Shown: one piece after another, positions 24,301 through 37,150 of the stretch | Layout: each line of letters starts with the position of its first letter | Numbering within the stretch: position 1 is the stretch's first letter | Position numbers and translations under genes: made by a program | Notes under the pieces: model-generated | The model's database searches: none | What the model was told of the DNA's origin: nothing | What the model saw: only the letters and a program-made list of their open reading frames with translations | DNA from: Vicugna vicugna | Taxonomy: Eukaryota | Length of the DNA: 64,000 nt | Direction of reading: 5' to 3' | Assembly: GCA_013265495.1 (NCBI GenBank) | Contig: MU058781.1 | Coordinates: 124,001-188,000 of the forward strand

Positions 24301-24705
24301 ATGTGGCCGATTAGAAAGTTGTGTGTAAGTATCACTTCAAGTGTGTCTATCACTGGGAAGAAAGCCTTCCCTAGCCCCTTGTTGGGGTGGACACATCAGC
24401 AGTGAGATGGCCCCTCCTACGGCTGCCAGGCAGAGGTGGAGGGGTCTGGAGCTAGGTTTTGCTCATGACAGAAACAGGAGGGACAGACTTCGCTGGCATG
24501 CTGTGCATGTCTGTCACCACACTTAGCACATGTTTTCAATTATATGTTGATCAGTGTAGAATACAAAGCTCTTCGAGGGCTGTGTCACAAAGAAAACACT
24601 CCAGTGTTAGTGGAATTTAACCCAATGAGACCCTGCAAAATCAGGTGAGCAATGACTTATTGGGCATGATGTTTGTAATAGAAACACAACTTGTATCTGA
24701 ATTAG

Positions 24706-25107
24706 TGTTAGAGATGAAATGTCTGTCTGTGCTCCCCACCCAGATTAACAAGTTGAAACCCTAACCCCCAGTTGACTGTATTTGGAGATAAGGCCAGTGA
24801 TGAGAAGGTAAAGGTCAGATGAGATTATAAGGGTGGGGCTCTGATCCCATGGGATTAGTGCCCTCATCAGAAGAGACACAAACATGCTCTCTCTCGCTGC
24901 ATGTGTCCCTGGGGGAAGGCCACATGAGGACACAGCAAGAAGGCAGCTGTCCAGAGCCAAGAAGAACATTCTCATCAGAAACCAAGTCTACAGCTAGCTT
25001 TAAGGCTCTGGACTTTCAAGGCTCTGAAACTGTGAGAATATACATTTCTATTATTTAAGCCACCTTATCACTGGTATTTTGACATATTGCTCGAAAAGAA
25101 TCAAGCA
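24706..25107 (+). mobile_element. MLT1A/B-type MaLR solo LTR
   Basis: TG..CA ends. TTGAAACCCTAACCCCCAG..GTATTTGGAGATAAGGCC..GGCCACATGAGGACACAGCAAGAAGGCAGCTGTC..GAAACTGTGAGAAT..TTTAAGCCACC. Confidence 0.9.
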
Positions 25108-25309
25108 ATTCATTAGTAACCTGTGTTCGGCTATGTGGAATCTTAACGTCATTCACCTTGAAAGTTAACAAACCCTGAAGCCAGACGTCTTGGATGAGGT
25201 CTCAGCTCCTGCCCGCCGTTCAGTTACGGTCTAGTATGGCATCTTTCACACGATAAAGAATGTCTTCGTGAGTAGTTGTTAAAGGGCAGGCGTGGAAACA
25301 GGACGGAGG

Positions 25310-25500
25310 GAGGTAGTGTGAAACTCAAGCTCTGCTTCTTTCTAACTTTGGGACATTGAGTCCTTCTCTCTGCTTCTTGGTTTTCTCGTTGACACCTGAC
25401 TTTTCTACATCATAGAGGTTCTGGAAGGGTCAAGTAAGATCACATGTGAGAAACTGCTTTGTTTACCACAAATACTATGCAAGTATAAGGGATTTATAAA
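25310..25500 (+). mobile_element. MIR remnant
   Basis: CTCTCTGCTTCTTGGTTTTCTC..GGGTCAAGTAAGATCACATGTGAGAAACTGCTTTG..AAATACTATGCAAGTATAAGG. Confidence 0.6.
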
Positions 25501-26869
25501 AAGTGTCACTCGTAGACTTGGGAAAGGGCATCCCAACTAAGTGGCCATGCTTCAGAGGACCTGTGTCAGCTTAGCCTGCCCCTGCCCCTCACCGCAGTGG
25601 GAAGAACCCCAGGGGTCAAGGAGCAGAGTCCATCCAAAGCCCAAGATCCAGCTTCTGCACTGTGATCTGGGTACCTGAGACTCCGAATTTCCTACCCAGA
25701 GACTCCCTAGCTTTCAGAGCCCACCTTGGCTCTTCCTCTGCCCCACCTTCCCTTCTCAGCCTGCCCCACAGGGAGGTGTGCGAGAGGTGGTGGATCAGGG
25801 AGGGGGGTTTGGGCAGATCTTGGATTTACAGGCTGACGTGTTCACAAATGCAAGGGTGTGTTTGTGTGTGTGTGTGTGTGGCTCCTCCTGGTGCTGGAAG
25901 GAGCCTGGAGAGGAAAGAGCAGGGGGCAGACCAGGCCTGGGGCGCTGTGGTTTGTGGCATCAGGCATGTGACCCTTTGTCCTCTTTGTCCAGCCCTGAAA
26001 ATATGATCTCACGATCAGTCTGTATGAGAATCCTGGGTTCAGTCTAAGTGTGTGATTTGGAGCTAATCAATTAGTATATCTGGGTCTCAATGGCCTCAAA
26101 TTATACAAAAAAAAGTATATGATTTGCAACTGTCTACAGATTTGGGTGCACAAAGCCTGTGGTACTTATTAAAGTTCTGCTTCACTTCTACTCCTGCTGA
26201 AATTGTGGCTTAGATATTACTTTCTGAACTAAACTCTCATTTATAAAATTCATACACACATTAATTTTATTGACTTTCCAGTATCCATTTCACTACATAT
26301 ATAATAATCACCTTTTCTGGGTTTTAAATGTTTCAATGGACTTTATAAATGATCTTCCTTCTACTTACCTAATATGAACTTTCTCTTGTTTTCATTTTCC
26401 AGATTCCATAATTAGTATTGAGAATTTTTAATCATGTATCTTTTTCGGTTTTTAATCAGTCATCATAACTTCTGGTTCTTTTATTTTAAAAATAAAATAG
26501 CATTTTCTTATCTCTGCTTAATTTATATTTCACCTTTGCTTTCATATTTTAATAACATTTATGCCCACATTTAGCATAGTTTATGGTGTAGTTTGTCTGT
26601 GGCACGGATCATTGTCACTCATTCAAAATTTGAGTTTTTAAGGGGTGAGTTGAGATTGGATTTTTTTTTCCACTTAATTTGACTACAATAACTGGGGATA
26701 TTTTATGAATAAAATTATCACATAATCAAAAAATGTTTTAAATGGGTAACTTTGCTTTAACTTAAATTGACATAAGGGAGTCTATGAGCTGGCCTAAGAT
26801 TCATAGCATTTTTTCTCTGGGAGAATCCCAAGAGGTCAGTTTATAAACAAGTAATTATTGAACACACCC

Positions 26870-27020
26870 AAGAGGATCCGGGTCTTATTCCCAGATCTGC
26901 CATTAAGCAAATTGCTTAATACCCTTGTCTTCATCTGTACAAGGTTGCACTGAGGATAAAGTGAGAGACAATAGATGAAGCGATATCTTGGAAAACTGAA
27001 AGAGTCTGCGATTGTAGTTT
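26870..27020 (+). mobile_element. MIR remnant
   Basis: GGATCCGGGTCTTATTCCCAGATCTGCC..CTTCATCTGTAC..GAGGATAAAGTGAGAGA. Confidence 0.6.
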
Positions 27021-27451
27021 GCCATCATTAATAATAATACAATGATTACATAATGCTTATAATGCATAATTTACGTGATGTAAAACTAGATTATTTCATT
27101 GTGAAAATTCTTTACGAAGGTAAAGGCTCTATCACTGCATATGTCATGGAGGTCCTGTGATTTCCTGACCTGCTTAACATAGTCGGCTTATTTCAGGCAG
27201 GGTTCTACTTAAAGGAAGCCCCTCTGCCCTCTGCTTATGTGACGGATGAAGGCTACACTGTTACAGAAACTACAGGTTCTTTCCTTTGGGTTTTGTGTGT
27301 GTGAGCGTGTGTGCATTATGGCTACAACTTGCTGCGGAAAAAAGTGTAAGTGAAATAATACCATGCATGTGACCTTGGGTAAAGATCTCACCGACTCTTA
27401 TTGGGGAAGGTCGAAATGCCAGTCGTGCGCACTGATGGGGCAGCCTGCTCG

Positions 27452-27650
27452 CACAGAACCCCAAGCTCACTACCTGCCAGAGGTATATTCTTGGGCAAAT
27501 TCTTAGCCTCTTTATGCTTGTTGTGTATCTACCAACCATGGATGATATTCGCATCTACCCTCTAGATGCTGTTAGAGTTAAACAAGCTAATACAAGTGAA
27601 ATACAGGTCCTGGTGCCTGGTACATAGTACTGGATCTAAAATGTTGGTAT
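27452..27650 (+). mobile_element. MIR remnant
   Basis: CTTGGGCAAATTCTTAGCCTCTTTATGCT..GTGCCTGGTACATAGTA. Confidence 0.7.
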
Positions 27651-27719
27651 TTCATGGCTAATGACTTTGAAAATAATTGATTCCCCTCTGTAGACCTCAA
27701 TATCTGAAAAATTTAAAAA

Positions 27720-27890
27720 ATGTTTAAGTTGTGCTCAAATGTGCATAATATAACATTTAACATTTTAACCGTTTTTAAGTGTACAGTTCAGTGGTATTGA
27801 GTGCATTCACAATATTGTGCAACCATCACCACTACCCATCTCCAGAACTCTTTGATGACTCCAAACTGAAACTCTATACCCATTAGATAA
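27720..27890 (-). mobile_element. L1MB-type 3' end
   Basis: TTTTAACCGTTTTTAAGTGTACAGTTCAGTGGTATTGAGTGCATTCACAATATTGTGCAACCATCACCACTACCCATCTCCAGAACT..AAACTGAAACTCTATACCCATTA. Confidence 0.88.
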
Positions 27891-28879
27891 ATGGGAGAAC
27901 TTAACAATACTGAGAGCTGCAAATACTCAACCCACGTGGAAGCAAGCAATGTCTGTTAGAATAATTGCTAAAAATTTGTGAGGTGTGACTTCAAAGATTA
28001 GATGAAAAAATTAGATTTAAAAAAAATCTGTTAATCTTTTAAAGCAAGTGACTGCAGAGAAGGTGGTTGATCATGCACTTTTGTACTAAGTGTTTTTTAT
28101 ATAAAGAAGATGGAGTTTCACTTATCCTTGTAAATATTTCATATTGTAGGTAATCATGATATTCCATGTTTTCTAATTTTAGACTTAAGATCCATAAAGA
28201 TTAGAGTCTGTGACATTGAGGGATCGTGAGGGCCTCCAGGGATGTTTCCGATAGAAGAAAGTGCAGTGAGCCCGTCCTTATAACCGATCACACGTCCGCG
28301 TGACTGCTTATTCAGAAATCAATGCCACACACAGATGCAGTGGCACGGTGTCTGATGAGACGCGGATGGAAAAAAAACAGGCTGTACTTATTTGGTGGCA
28401 ACTAGTTTTCAGATCTATGTATGACAATTTAAATGGATGCCCCAGGATGCTACATGTAGAGAGAGAAAGGAGAGGCGAGATCATCGTCCTGATCACATCA
28501 GATAATTTATTTGCGTAGAGAAATACATCAGCGGAGTGCAAGATCGTAATAAAAATCAGCAGTTACTTCAAAGTCTTCACCCCAACATTGCACTCATATG
28601 AAGTTGAGCGAGCTCTCCGCATTCTTGCAGAACAGCATCTGGGTAGGATGCCCGTGTTTTTAATCAGATGTGTCTACTGCTTCCCTGATAAAGTGATTAC
28701 TACCACACTTAGCATCCAGTCTAGCCAGTTCTCACTGCTTACTGGTCTACTTTTTTCCTCCCTGTTATTTTCAATAGATTCTAACTTCCTGAGATTTTAT
28801 TATATTTACTGGACTCTTAGTGCAGTTTTAAAATATTTTTATCCATTTTATTTTACATAGAGTCCGTGCAGCCTAACTA

Positions 28880-29122
28880 CAGGTGTCCCTCACTTTGCAT
28901 TACGAATATGCTTCTGAGAAGTTATAAACTGAATGATACTTTAAACGTGCTCAGGAAACTGATGATTTGAAAGCACATTGTGGTGAATTCTTTTGTAATT
29001 CAAGTGTTATGTAAGCTTGTGCTGCCCTGGATTGAATTTTATTAAAACGGAGCATTCTTAGTACTAGCGCTGATGAGGGAAATAATTCACATTAGACTAT
29101 GAACGTTCAGTGGGAGAGACTG
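28880..29122. mobile_element. Possible old Tigger-type MITE
   Basis: Begins TA|CAGGTGTCCCTCACTT and ends CAGTGGGAGAGACTG (degenerate inverted match). Confidence 0.35.
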
Positions 29123-29774
29123 AAGTGCAGCCTATTTAAATAGCAAAAGGTACTTGCACTTTTAAAAGATGTTTGCACATCTGCTTGTATTATAAAATAA
29201 GCTTAAAGTCAAGTTGAGGTCTGTGTACACCCTTCCTGATTTTGAAAACCTATCTATCTTTCTAGTCGGGCATATACAGACTCCTCTCAAAGCAGGGGGA
29301 TTGCCCAAGTGTATCTTAAGATCTTTTATAATTCTTTCACAGTTCAGACAAAGGAATTTTTTTTAAAGTCTTTTTTTCACACATGTCAAAAAATAAAACC
29401 ACACATAAACCTTCGAGACGGCATCAAAAAGAATCCTTAAAGATCATTGTTCTCATAATTATTTTCACTATAAATTTATGATTTTGTGGCAACTAGATTG
29501 CAAAATACTTTAAAAAGTAACCACAAGCACTCTTCAGAACTTTGTTTACAGGAAGACCAAAAACTGTTAACTAATGTGTGCAACACCACAACGGACACTT
29601 CATTTAGGAAAGATGGCTTTCAAACTCTCTATTTTTATATCCTTCTACATTTAACTTATTAGTAAAATGTTAAGAGATAGGAACAAGTTATAATTGCAAC
29701 CAAAAGGATCATTTTATCTGCAAGTTTTTAAAATTTAAATATTCTTTCTAAAGGAGAATATATCCGTCCAGGTA

Positions 29775-30590
29775 ACAAATATTTATGTGTTAGATACTGT
29801 GAATTATGCAGTGGTGAATGTGGCCTTGGTACCTACCCTCGGAGGGCATATGATGAGTCTACCGAGAGAAAGAAAGCGTGTGTATAAACACCAAAGTATT
29901 ACTGCTGTTAAGGGGTGTAGACAGAGTGCCAGAGAAGGGAAGATTTATCTGCAGCTGAAGGAAGCAGGACGGCGTCATCACATCTGTGGGGGATGTGCTC
30001 TCTGTGGAAAGCATCTTATGACAGAGGCTCAAGAGACAGAGGGGGGTCCTCCGAGGGAGCAAATGCTTCTGTTTCTCTGGAGTGCAGACTGGTATGAATG
30101 GGATAAGTGGGGGGAAGTTCAGGTTACATACAGCCTTGAATGCCACGCTGAACAATTTAAACAATTTTCTATGCAGTGGAAAATTACAGAAAGTTTTTGA
30201 GAGGAGAGGATTATGTTAAAATGTATAGAAGGTTTCTGGGTAGAAGAGGATTATGGCAAAATATGTGTTTCAAGAGAATTATCTTTACACTTGTGTATCA
30301 TATGGACAGAGAGAAGGGAGAGAGAGGGTGGTGATGGACTGGGGACGTGAACAATCATTCAAGTGTGAGGAAATGAGAACTCGACTGGGAAAAGGCAGGT
30401 CCATGCAGGGAGATCGTCCCAAGAATCAGAAGAGTTAGACAGTCAAGGAGATGGAGCATTTACAGGGATGGTGGTGGGCGAAGCCATTTAACTATTCATC
30501 TCCTTGCCTGGGGGAGTGAAGGTGGCATCACATTAATAGAAATGGGAAAAACAGGGCTAGAAATAGGCTTGGAAATAAAATAGTGATTTT
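29775..30590 (-). mobile_element. L2 remnant
   Basis: AACAAATATTTAT..TACCTACCCTC..AGCCTTGAATGCCACGCTGAACAATTT..AATAGAAATGGGAAAAACAGG are ordered antisense L2 landmarks. Confidence 0.75.
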
Positions 30591-31020
30591 ACAAATCTGT
30601 AATCTTGGGTTATGTGCCCTATGCAATGTTTGATGTAGGTGTGTCACATTTCTGCAAAAAAATGATTTACACAATTGATTATTCAGTTATTTACACATTT
30701 AGGTAATTTTTTCTTTCTAAATTTACATAAGGATTTAATTAATTTTCCAAATTATATGGCTGGAATGTGGCAATTCCCAAATATTGGAAACTAATATTAT
30801 TACCCTTCATAGGTATTTGCCACCACTCAATGGCCGAATTTCTAGAAATAAACTCCTTAATTAGAGAAAATAATGAAATAAGTACAAATCACATTCTACT
30901 TTTTGAAACTCAGTAATCTATGTGGTATGATCCTTCATTTTAGAGATAGTTAAGAAGTGTGCCTGAGAAGTACGCAGAATAAATTTACAACATGCAAGTC
31001 CAAGACGGACTCAGGAGATG

Positions 31021-31316
31021 CAGTCCTCCCCTGGGGTCCTCGTGGGACTGATTCCAGGACCCTCTCTGATACCAAAATCTGTGCTGCTCAAGCCCCTTAC
31101 ATAAAATGGTGTAGCGTTTGCATACAACCTAAGCACATCCTCCTGTAAGCTTTAAATCATCTCTAGATTACTTATAATACCAAATGCAATGTAAATGCTA
31201 TGTTGCTGAACATGGTGAATTCAAGTTGCACTTTCTGGAATTTTTTTTCTGAATATTTTCAATCTACAATTGGCTGAATGTGCAGATGCAGACTCACGGA
31301 TACAGAGGGCCGACTG
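31021..31316 (+). mobile_element. MER2/MER2B-type TcMar-Tigger MITE
   Basis: CAGTCCTCCC..TTCCAGGACCC..GATACCAAAATCTGTGCTGCTCAAGCCCCTTACATAAAATGG..CTCTAGATTACTTATAATACC..GGATACAGAGGGCCGACTG. Confidence 0.92.
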
Positions 31317-31758
31317 TTTCATCAGAACAGGGTCTCCAAATTTTTTCTGCGAAGGGACTAATTTTGATTTCTCTGAATTTTTTTGATAAGTGAAAAAATA
31401 GATTACAAGAGTAAAGGTATTGATTATAAATGTAACATTTGCATACAGAATTATCCATGAATTTGCTGATTTTAATGCTGTTGTGGTAAGTCTAAATACT
31501 AGCCCTGAATTTGCATGTTACTTTGTACAAAATAGGAAAGAAAATAGTGTACATTCGGTATTTAGCAAAAAGCCCAAGGAGCTATTTAATAGGATTGGCT
31601 AAGTATATTTTTAAAGACAAAATAATATTTTTAAATACGCTTGTGAATAACTCCAGCACAATTATGTAAATCAGAAGTACTGAGGTTATGTTTGTTCATT
31701 TCAGTGGTCTAAGAGTATTCATTATTGATCTTGGTAGACTTGTCTTTGCCCTTTTCTT

Positions 31759-31826
31759 TACCTTTTTTAAATTTCATTTTCTCTACCTTTTTTAAATTTC
31801 ATTTTCTCTTACCCTTTCATTTTCTC
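31759..31826. repeat. 25-bp perfect tandem duplication plus partial third copy
   Basis: TACCTTTTTTAAATTTCATTTTCTC at 31759-31783 and 31784-31808. Confidence 0.9.
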
Positions 31827-32765
31827 CTATCTTTTTTTTTTTTTTTAGTGATTACATTTTACCTTCAAATGACCCAATTCTAATGCTAGCTCCTTTGCAG
31901 GAAATAGATGCAAATGACAAGACTTTTCCTAGCCTTGTTCTTGATCCGTAGACCTCTGAGGGTCTACTTGGAACCACTTGACAAAACTCTCTGAGCCACA
32001 TGACTGACATTTATAGGGTTTTCTAATTAATCTTGCAGCGTTAAGACAGTGCCCCACACGTGCTATGTATTTTATTAGAACTGACTCCAGTCCCCTGTAT
32101 GGTACAGCTGGGCGTGGAGCATGTTTGTGGTTCCAGAGAAAATACAGCTATTTCACAACTAACTTCATGAAGAGAATACAGAAACACGAAAATATACTTA
32201 ACAAGTATCTTAGGTAACCAGGAAATCTTAGGTTAACACTGTATTACAATTAAGAGGGAAAAAAAAAACTCTATGTGCTTAACTTTCTGTGGTAAATACC
32301 AAAAAGTAAGAAATAAGAATAAGAACAAAGCCTACCTCCGCCTGGAAAGCTGGGAACCCCCTACGGGACCATATGTTCCATGGATAATATATGTCGTTGC
32401 TGAAGCGCAGTTGCTCTTGCTGAGAATAATTCAGTGAATGCAATGCCGTTTTTCTACTGTCTCAATTATATTTTAATCCTGGAAGAAAATGTAAGGCTTA
32501 GTCAATTCTGCCATGATTAAAACTTAATTCCATTTATTAATAGCCATTGTATTCGACTAAGTATGGTAGAAGAGATTTATACTGCCACTTTATTTCCGTT
32601 CTTCATCATTAGAATGAAATAGAACATATCAGTATGCTTCTTAAGATACCCTTGGATTATGAGTTAAATACAATATTATGACTGAGAAAAACAAGATGTT
32701 TTAAAATAGTTTGCTATAAAAATGACAGAAAATAATAAAGCAGTGATGGTCTGAGGTTTGATTGG

Positions 32766-32899
32766 TTTTCTCTCCCCTCTCTCCACCTCCTCCTCTTTTT
32801 TTCCCCTCCCTCTTCATCCTCCCCCTCTCCCCATCTCCTCCTTCTCCTCTTCCCCCTCCATCTTTTTTCTTCTTCCTCTCTCTCTCTTTCTCTCTCCCT
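32766..32899. repeat. Polypyrimidine/polypurine low-complexity tract
   Basis: ~130 bp almost entirely C/T. It explains the E/R/G-rich ORF 32714-32923. Confidence 0.92.
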
Positions 32900-33072
32900 G
32901 AAAATCATTCCAAACTTTTTCACACTGTGATGTAGTACATTCTGGAAGTAATAAATATTACATTATTTAGCTGTTACTTAAGCAATAAACAAAAATAATT
33001 ACAATTGAACTTAGGTACATTTTGAAGAAGAAAATAATTGTATTACTGCATGTACAATTTTTTAAAAAAATA

Positions 33073-33720
33073 AACCTTTTATTTTGAGATACTTGCAGAT
33101 TCACATGCAGATATACATAGATCCCATGTACCGTTTACTCAGTTTCCCCAGGTGGAAACATCTTACAGCACTCTGGTACTCTCTCACAGACCACAGTGGT
33201 ACTGACCACAGTGATGCACACACTGTATGCATCATACAGAGTGTTTTCACTGCTCTGAAAATCCTCTGTTGCTCCATCTGTTCATCCCTCCCCTCCCCAT
33301 CCTCCAACCACCTACCACCACTGATCTTCTTACTGTCTCCATAGTTCTGCCTTTTCCAGAATGTCATATTATAAAGTATGAAAATAATACACTATGCAGC
33401 CTTTACAGATTGGCTTCTGTCACTTAGTAATATGCATTTAAGTTTCCTCCATGTCTTTTCACGGTTTGATAGCCCATTTCTTCTTAGTGCTGAATGATAT
33501 TCCATTGTCTAGCTGAATCACAGCTTACTTACACATTGACCTACTCATGGACAATTTGGTTTCTGCTAAGATTCGGCAATTTTGTATAAAGCTATGATAA
33601 ACATCTGTGTGCAGGTTTCTGTGTGACCTGGGTTTTCACCTCTTTGGAGCAGGATTGCTGGGTCCCATGGCAAGAGTGTGTTTAGTTTTGTGAGAAACTG
33701 CCGAACTGTCTTACCAGCCA
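33073..33720 (-). mobile_element. L1MC-type 3' region
   Basis: CATCATACAGAGTGTTTTCACTGCTCTGAAAATCCTCTG..TTCCAGAATGTCATA..CACTTAGTAATATGCATTTAAGTTTCCTCCATGTC..GAAACTGCCGAACTGTCTT. Confidence 0.88.
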
Positions 33721-33958
33721 CCGTGTAACTGCCGGTGATTGGCAGTTGAGGATGAGAAGCTATGTGGAGTGGAGGTGAACCAGGACAGATCAGCCGGCCC
33801 CCCGCTGACTGGGCCACTGATCACAGAATCACGAGGGAACCCACCCCGGGTCAGAGACACTGCCCAGCTGAACCCAGGACACGTTGCCCAGTCTTAGAAT
33901 TTTGATTTAAATAATGATTATTACCTTAAGCTATGAGTGTTGGCGGTTTGCTTTGGAC
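33721..33958 (+). mobile_element. MLT1G/H/I-type MaLR LTR 3' half
   Basis: ACTGCCCAGCTGAACCCAG..AGAATTTTGA..AAATAATGATTATTACCTTAAGCTATGAGTGTTGG. Confidence 0.65.
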
Positions 33959-34084
33959 TTCAGGTACAAGGATCTGAAACAGGAGGATGGTGATGAAAGC
34001 TGAATGGAAGGAGCTGATATAAAAGCCATTTCAAATAAAAGCGGGAAAAAAGAGCCAGTATTAAAATAGCTTCCGTTTTGTGCC

Positions 34085-34275
34085 ACATCTGTGCCAATTC
34101 TCTACACTTCTCTCATTTAATCTGCAAAGGACCCCAACAAGGATAGCATCCCCTACTCTCCTATATATAAAAGACTAAGCTTTGGGGAAATTGAATAACT
34201 TGCCCAGGTTTATGCTGAGTTGGAATTCAGATCAAGTCTGACTTGAAAGTCCTTACTCTTTCTCCCATATCATAA
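34085..34275 (-). mobile_element. MIR remnant
   Basis: TCTCATTTAATCT..GACTAAGCTTTGGGGAAATTGAATAACTTGCCCAGG..GTCTGACTTGAAAGTCC. Confidence 0.7.
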
Positions 34276-34991
34276 CCAGAGGAATTTAAAAAATTTCACC
34301 AGTAATTCCCAGCCTTGCTCAGTATTTTTCTGCACCTCAGGGTCAGCGCCCCTGAGTTTTAACTGGGGGCCTAGGCAACTCTAGACTGCATGGTACAGAA
34401 GCTCACGGAGGCTATTCAGACTTTATTGTCAGAGGGCTTTGTAGAACACGGTGGCAGCACTCAGTCAGTGGAGACTGAGGACATAACTATTTTGTGACAT
34501 GAACAGGCAATTCTTCCATTCAATATACGTAAGCTACTGGGAAAAAAGACTCTGATGAGATGGGGCGGGAGATGGTAAGGAAGAAATGAGAGAGAAAATT
34601 TGCGCCTTCAGTATTTATACAAAAAAGGAAGAATCCTCAAAATTGAATCAGCCCGTTTGACACTCTTCTCAACTTATTTATAAACATGTTCACATCTGAA
34701 CCACACACAATAGTGAGACCCTGTTGGTTAGACCAGCTCTGAACAGTCCAATGTGCCAGGCTGGGGAATATCTACCTCAACCCTCGGGCCCCACAAATAC
34801 ATACCTAAATATTGGCAGGACTAACATTTACTAAATTAGATGGAAAAATAAAAACACTAAACTTGTCAATGTCCCGTATCTATTCCTTCTTCAATCAGAA
34901 GAGATCCTGCATCCATTTTATTTTAAAAGGACACAAGTACATACAATGCTTTGTCTTCTGTGGTGGGGAATGTCAGTTTGAATTAAGTTTC

Positions 34992-34995
<4 letters not shown>

Positions 34996-35023
<28 letters not shown>
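34996..35023. repeat. (CA)n microsatellite
   Basis: Visible directly. Confidence 0.97.
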
Positions 35024-35025
<2 letters not shown>

Positions 35026-35069
35026 GGCTTCAAGAAAACAAACAAACAAAAAACCCCTAAAAGTATAAG

Positions 35070-35530
35070 GATTACTTTTTCTCTCTCATAAAAGTAAATC
35101 AGAGCAAGTACCTTCTCTGAAATCATCAGTTACCCAGGCTCCTTTGGTCTTCCTCCATTGTCATCCTTAGCACGTGGTTTCAGTTTTCCAAGTTGCCTCC
35201 TGTTTCAAGATGGCTGCTGGAAATCCAGCTATCACGTCCACATTGGAGATACATGGAAGGGAGCAGACAGAAGAGGGTAAAACAAAACAAAATAAAACAG
35301 AGCAAACATAAAAACCCACACCTAAGTCAGCTCCGTTTTTCAAAGGAGACTTTTCAGCAGTTCTGTAGCACCTGCAAAATCACTAAATAACCTAATCTGT
35401 GGATCCGGAGTTAGTCGTTTGTTCACAACTAGCTGCAAGATGTACAATGGAGACAAAATCTCCACTGCTCAATTACTAATTAAAAAGAGAAAATGGCTGT
35501 TGGATGGATAGCTAAAATCTCTGACAATAA
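35070..35530 (-). mobile_element. MLT1J/K-type MaLR LTR
   Basis: ACCCAGGCTCCTT..CATCCTTAGCACGTGG..CAAGATGGCTGCTGGAAATCCAGCTATCACGTCCACATT..CTAGCTGCAAG. Confidence 0.65.
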
Positions 35531-36929
35531 GGATATATGATTAATGTCAATATAGGCAAGTTTTCTCTGAATTTTGTTATTAGCTATTTGTCCTTACTCA
35601 GAACCAGAAATAGCCACGTGAACTAACTGGTTTAATAGTCTGTGTTAATGACACATCAGTGATGAATATAGTTTAAAAAGTAATACAGTTTGCCATTTCA
35701 AACTTCATCTAGTTTCTGCATGTTCTGATTGGCTTTCAGCAAACATAATGCTGGCTCTAAGGTTTTTACAATTCACTTTCTGTTAAATGTAGCACACGAT
35801 GTTTCAATATTAGAAACTAGCAGAAAAATATAAAAAGCTTTTGTGTGTTTGTGGTTTGCATTAAGTAAGCAAGGAATATATTTTTGCAGTGGTTATTGGC
35901 CATTGTTAAAGCAATTGAATTATTACACGTATCCATCATGCAACATATTTGGATTTATAGAAGAGAAATTCAAGGACAGACAATGGATAAATACGAATTT
36001 TAAAATTTCCAAAGAGCAAAATCAAATCTACAAATAAGACAAATAATAATCAACTGATTATTATGAACAATCTGAATATAGTTTCCAAAATATTGTTCAC
36101 TCTGAATAGACCAAAAAAAAAAATTATTCCCACTGGGTAAGAAAAAAAGCGGTAAGATCTAAATCTTAATCAAATGTTGTTCAGACCTCAATAGCTGGGG
36201 GCTGGCTTTACAGGAACATTCAGAAAGTTGTGTGTGTGTGTGTTTCCAGGTCTCAAATGTTGCTTTAAAGACCTCATGCAGGATACAGTTGCATTCAATA
36301 ATTTCATATTGTTTAACTAGAAATTCAGTGCCCGTAACAAGTATTTTTGTCCTCTTCCCGAATAAAGAATAATATCTTCATCGACTGACAAAAGGGATTC
36401 TTCTGAGCGTGGTCTATGCCTTGAGGCTCCGGGACAATGACTTTTTAGTGTCTAAATGCAAACTTTGGTTGAAATTAGGGCTCTAATTGATGGGACTTTT
36501 AAATCAGAGCACCCACAGGCCACGTCGCTACATAGCCCGTCATCATTTTCTTCCACACTGAATTAATTTTCAATCAACATTGTTTAAAAAAAATGAGCAA
36601 GAGTAGAAACGGGCTACCAATACACTAACGCTATTTCAAATCCCAAAGCACAAAGATTAATTAAGAACCAATTAATATAGAGAGTCTACGTCAAAAGATG
36701 ATACAGAAGATGTGATGAGGTCAAGGTAAAAGTCATTTTTGTTTTGTTTTTTTTGAAGCTTAAGTATATCCCAGCCATGAAATTGAGGAGAACACAAAAC
36801 TGCAGGATTCGCGTCATTTTAAAGAGCTACAAAGACAAATTCCCTTTGATGTTACTTACCCATAAGATTACCACAGAAGAGGAAGCATGTGAAGCTTTCA
36901 AGAAACACCTCCTTTGATTTCTTAGGGGA

Positions 36930-37150
36930 TCAGCGTAGTGGCTAAGAACGCAGGCCGTGGAGTGAGGAAGCTACCTGGGCTCAAGTCCTAGCTGCGTCGG
37001 TATGATTTGGGGCAGGTGTCTTAACCTCTCTGTGCTGTGGTTTCCTCACTTGTGAAACGTGTTCCTAAGTATTCTCTCCACACAGTCTTTTTGCGACTGC
37101 ATGTGAGATATTTAGAAAAAAACCTGGAACACAATAAAACTCAATGAACA
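36930..37150 (+). mobile_element. MIR remnant
   Basis: AGCGTAGTGGCTAAGAACGCAGGC..CCTGGGCTCAAGTCCTAGCT..CTTAACCTCTCTGTGCTGTGGTTTCCTCACTTGTGAAA. Confidence 0.85.

Noticed and set aside
28350..28380. CTGATGAG...GAAA, hammerhead-like core
   Set aside because: No stem II pairing between the motifs and no stems I/III. The GGCGAAAC at ~52137-52144 likewise lacks a correctly placed CUGANGA.
32714..32923. Charged E/R/G-rich ORF
   Set aside because: Translation of a polypurine low-complexity tract.
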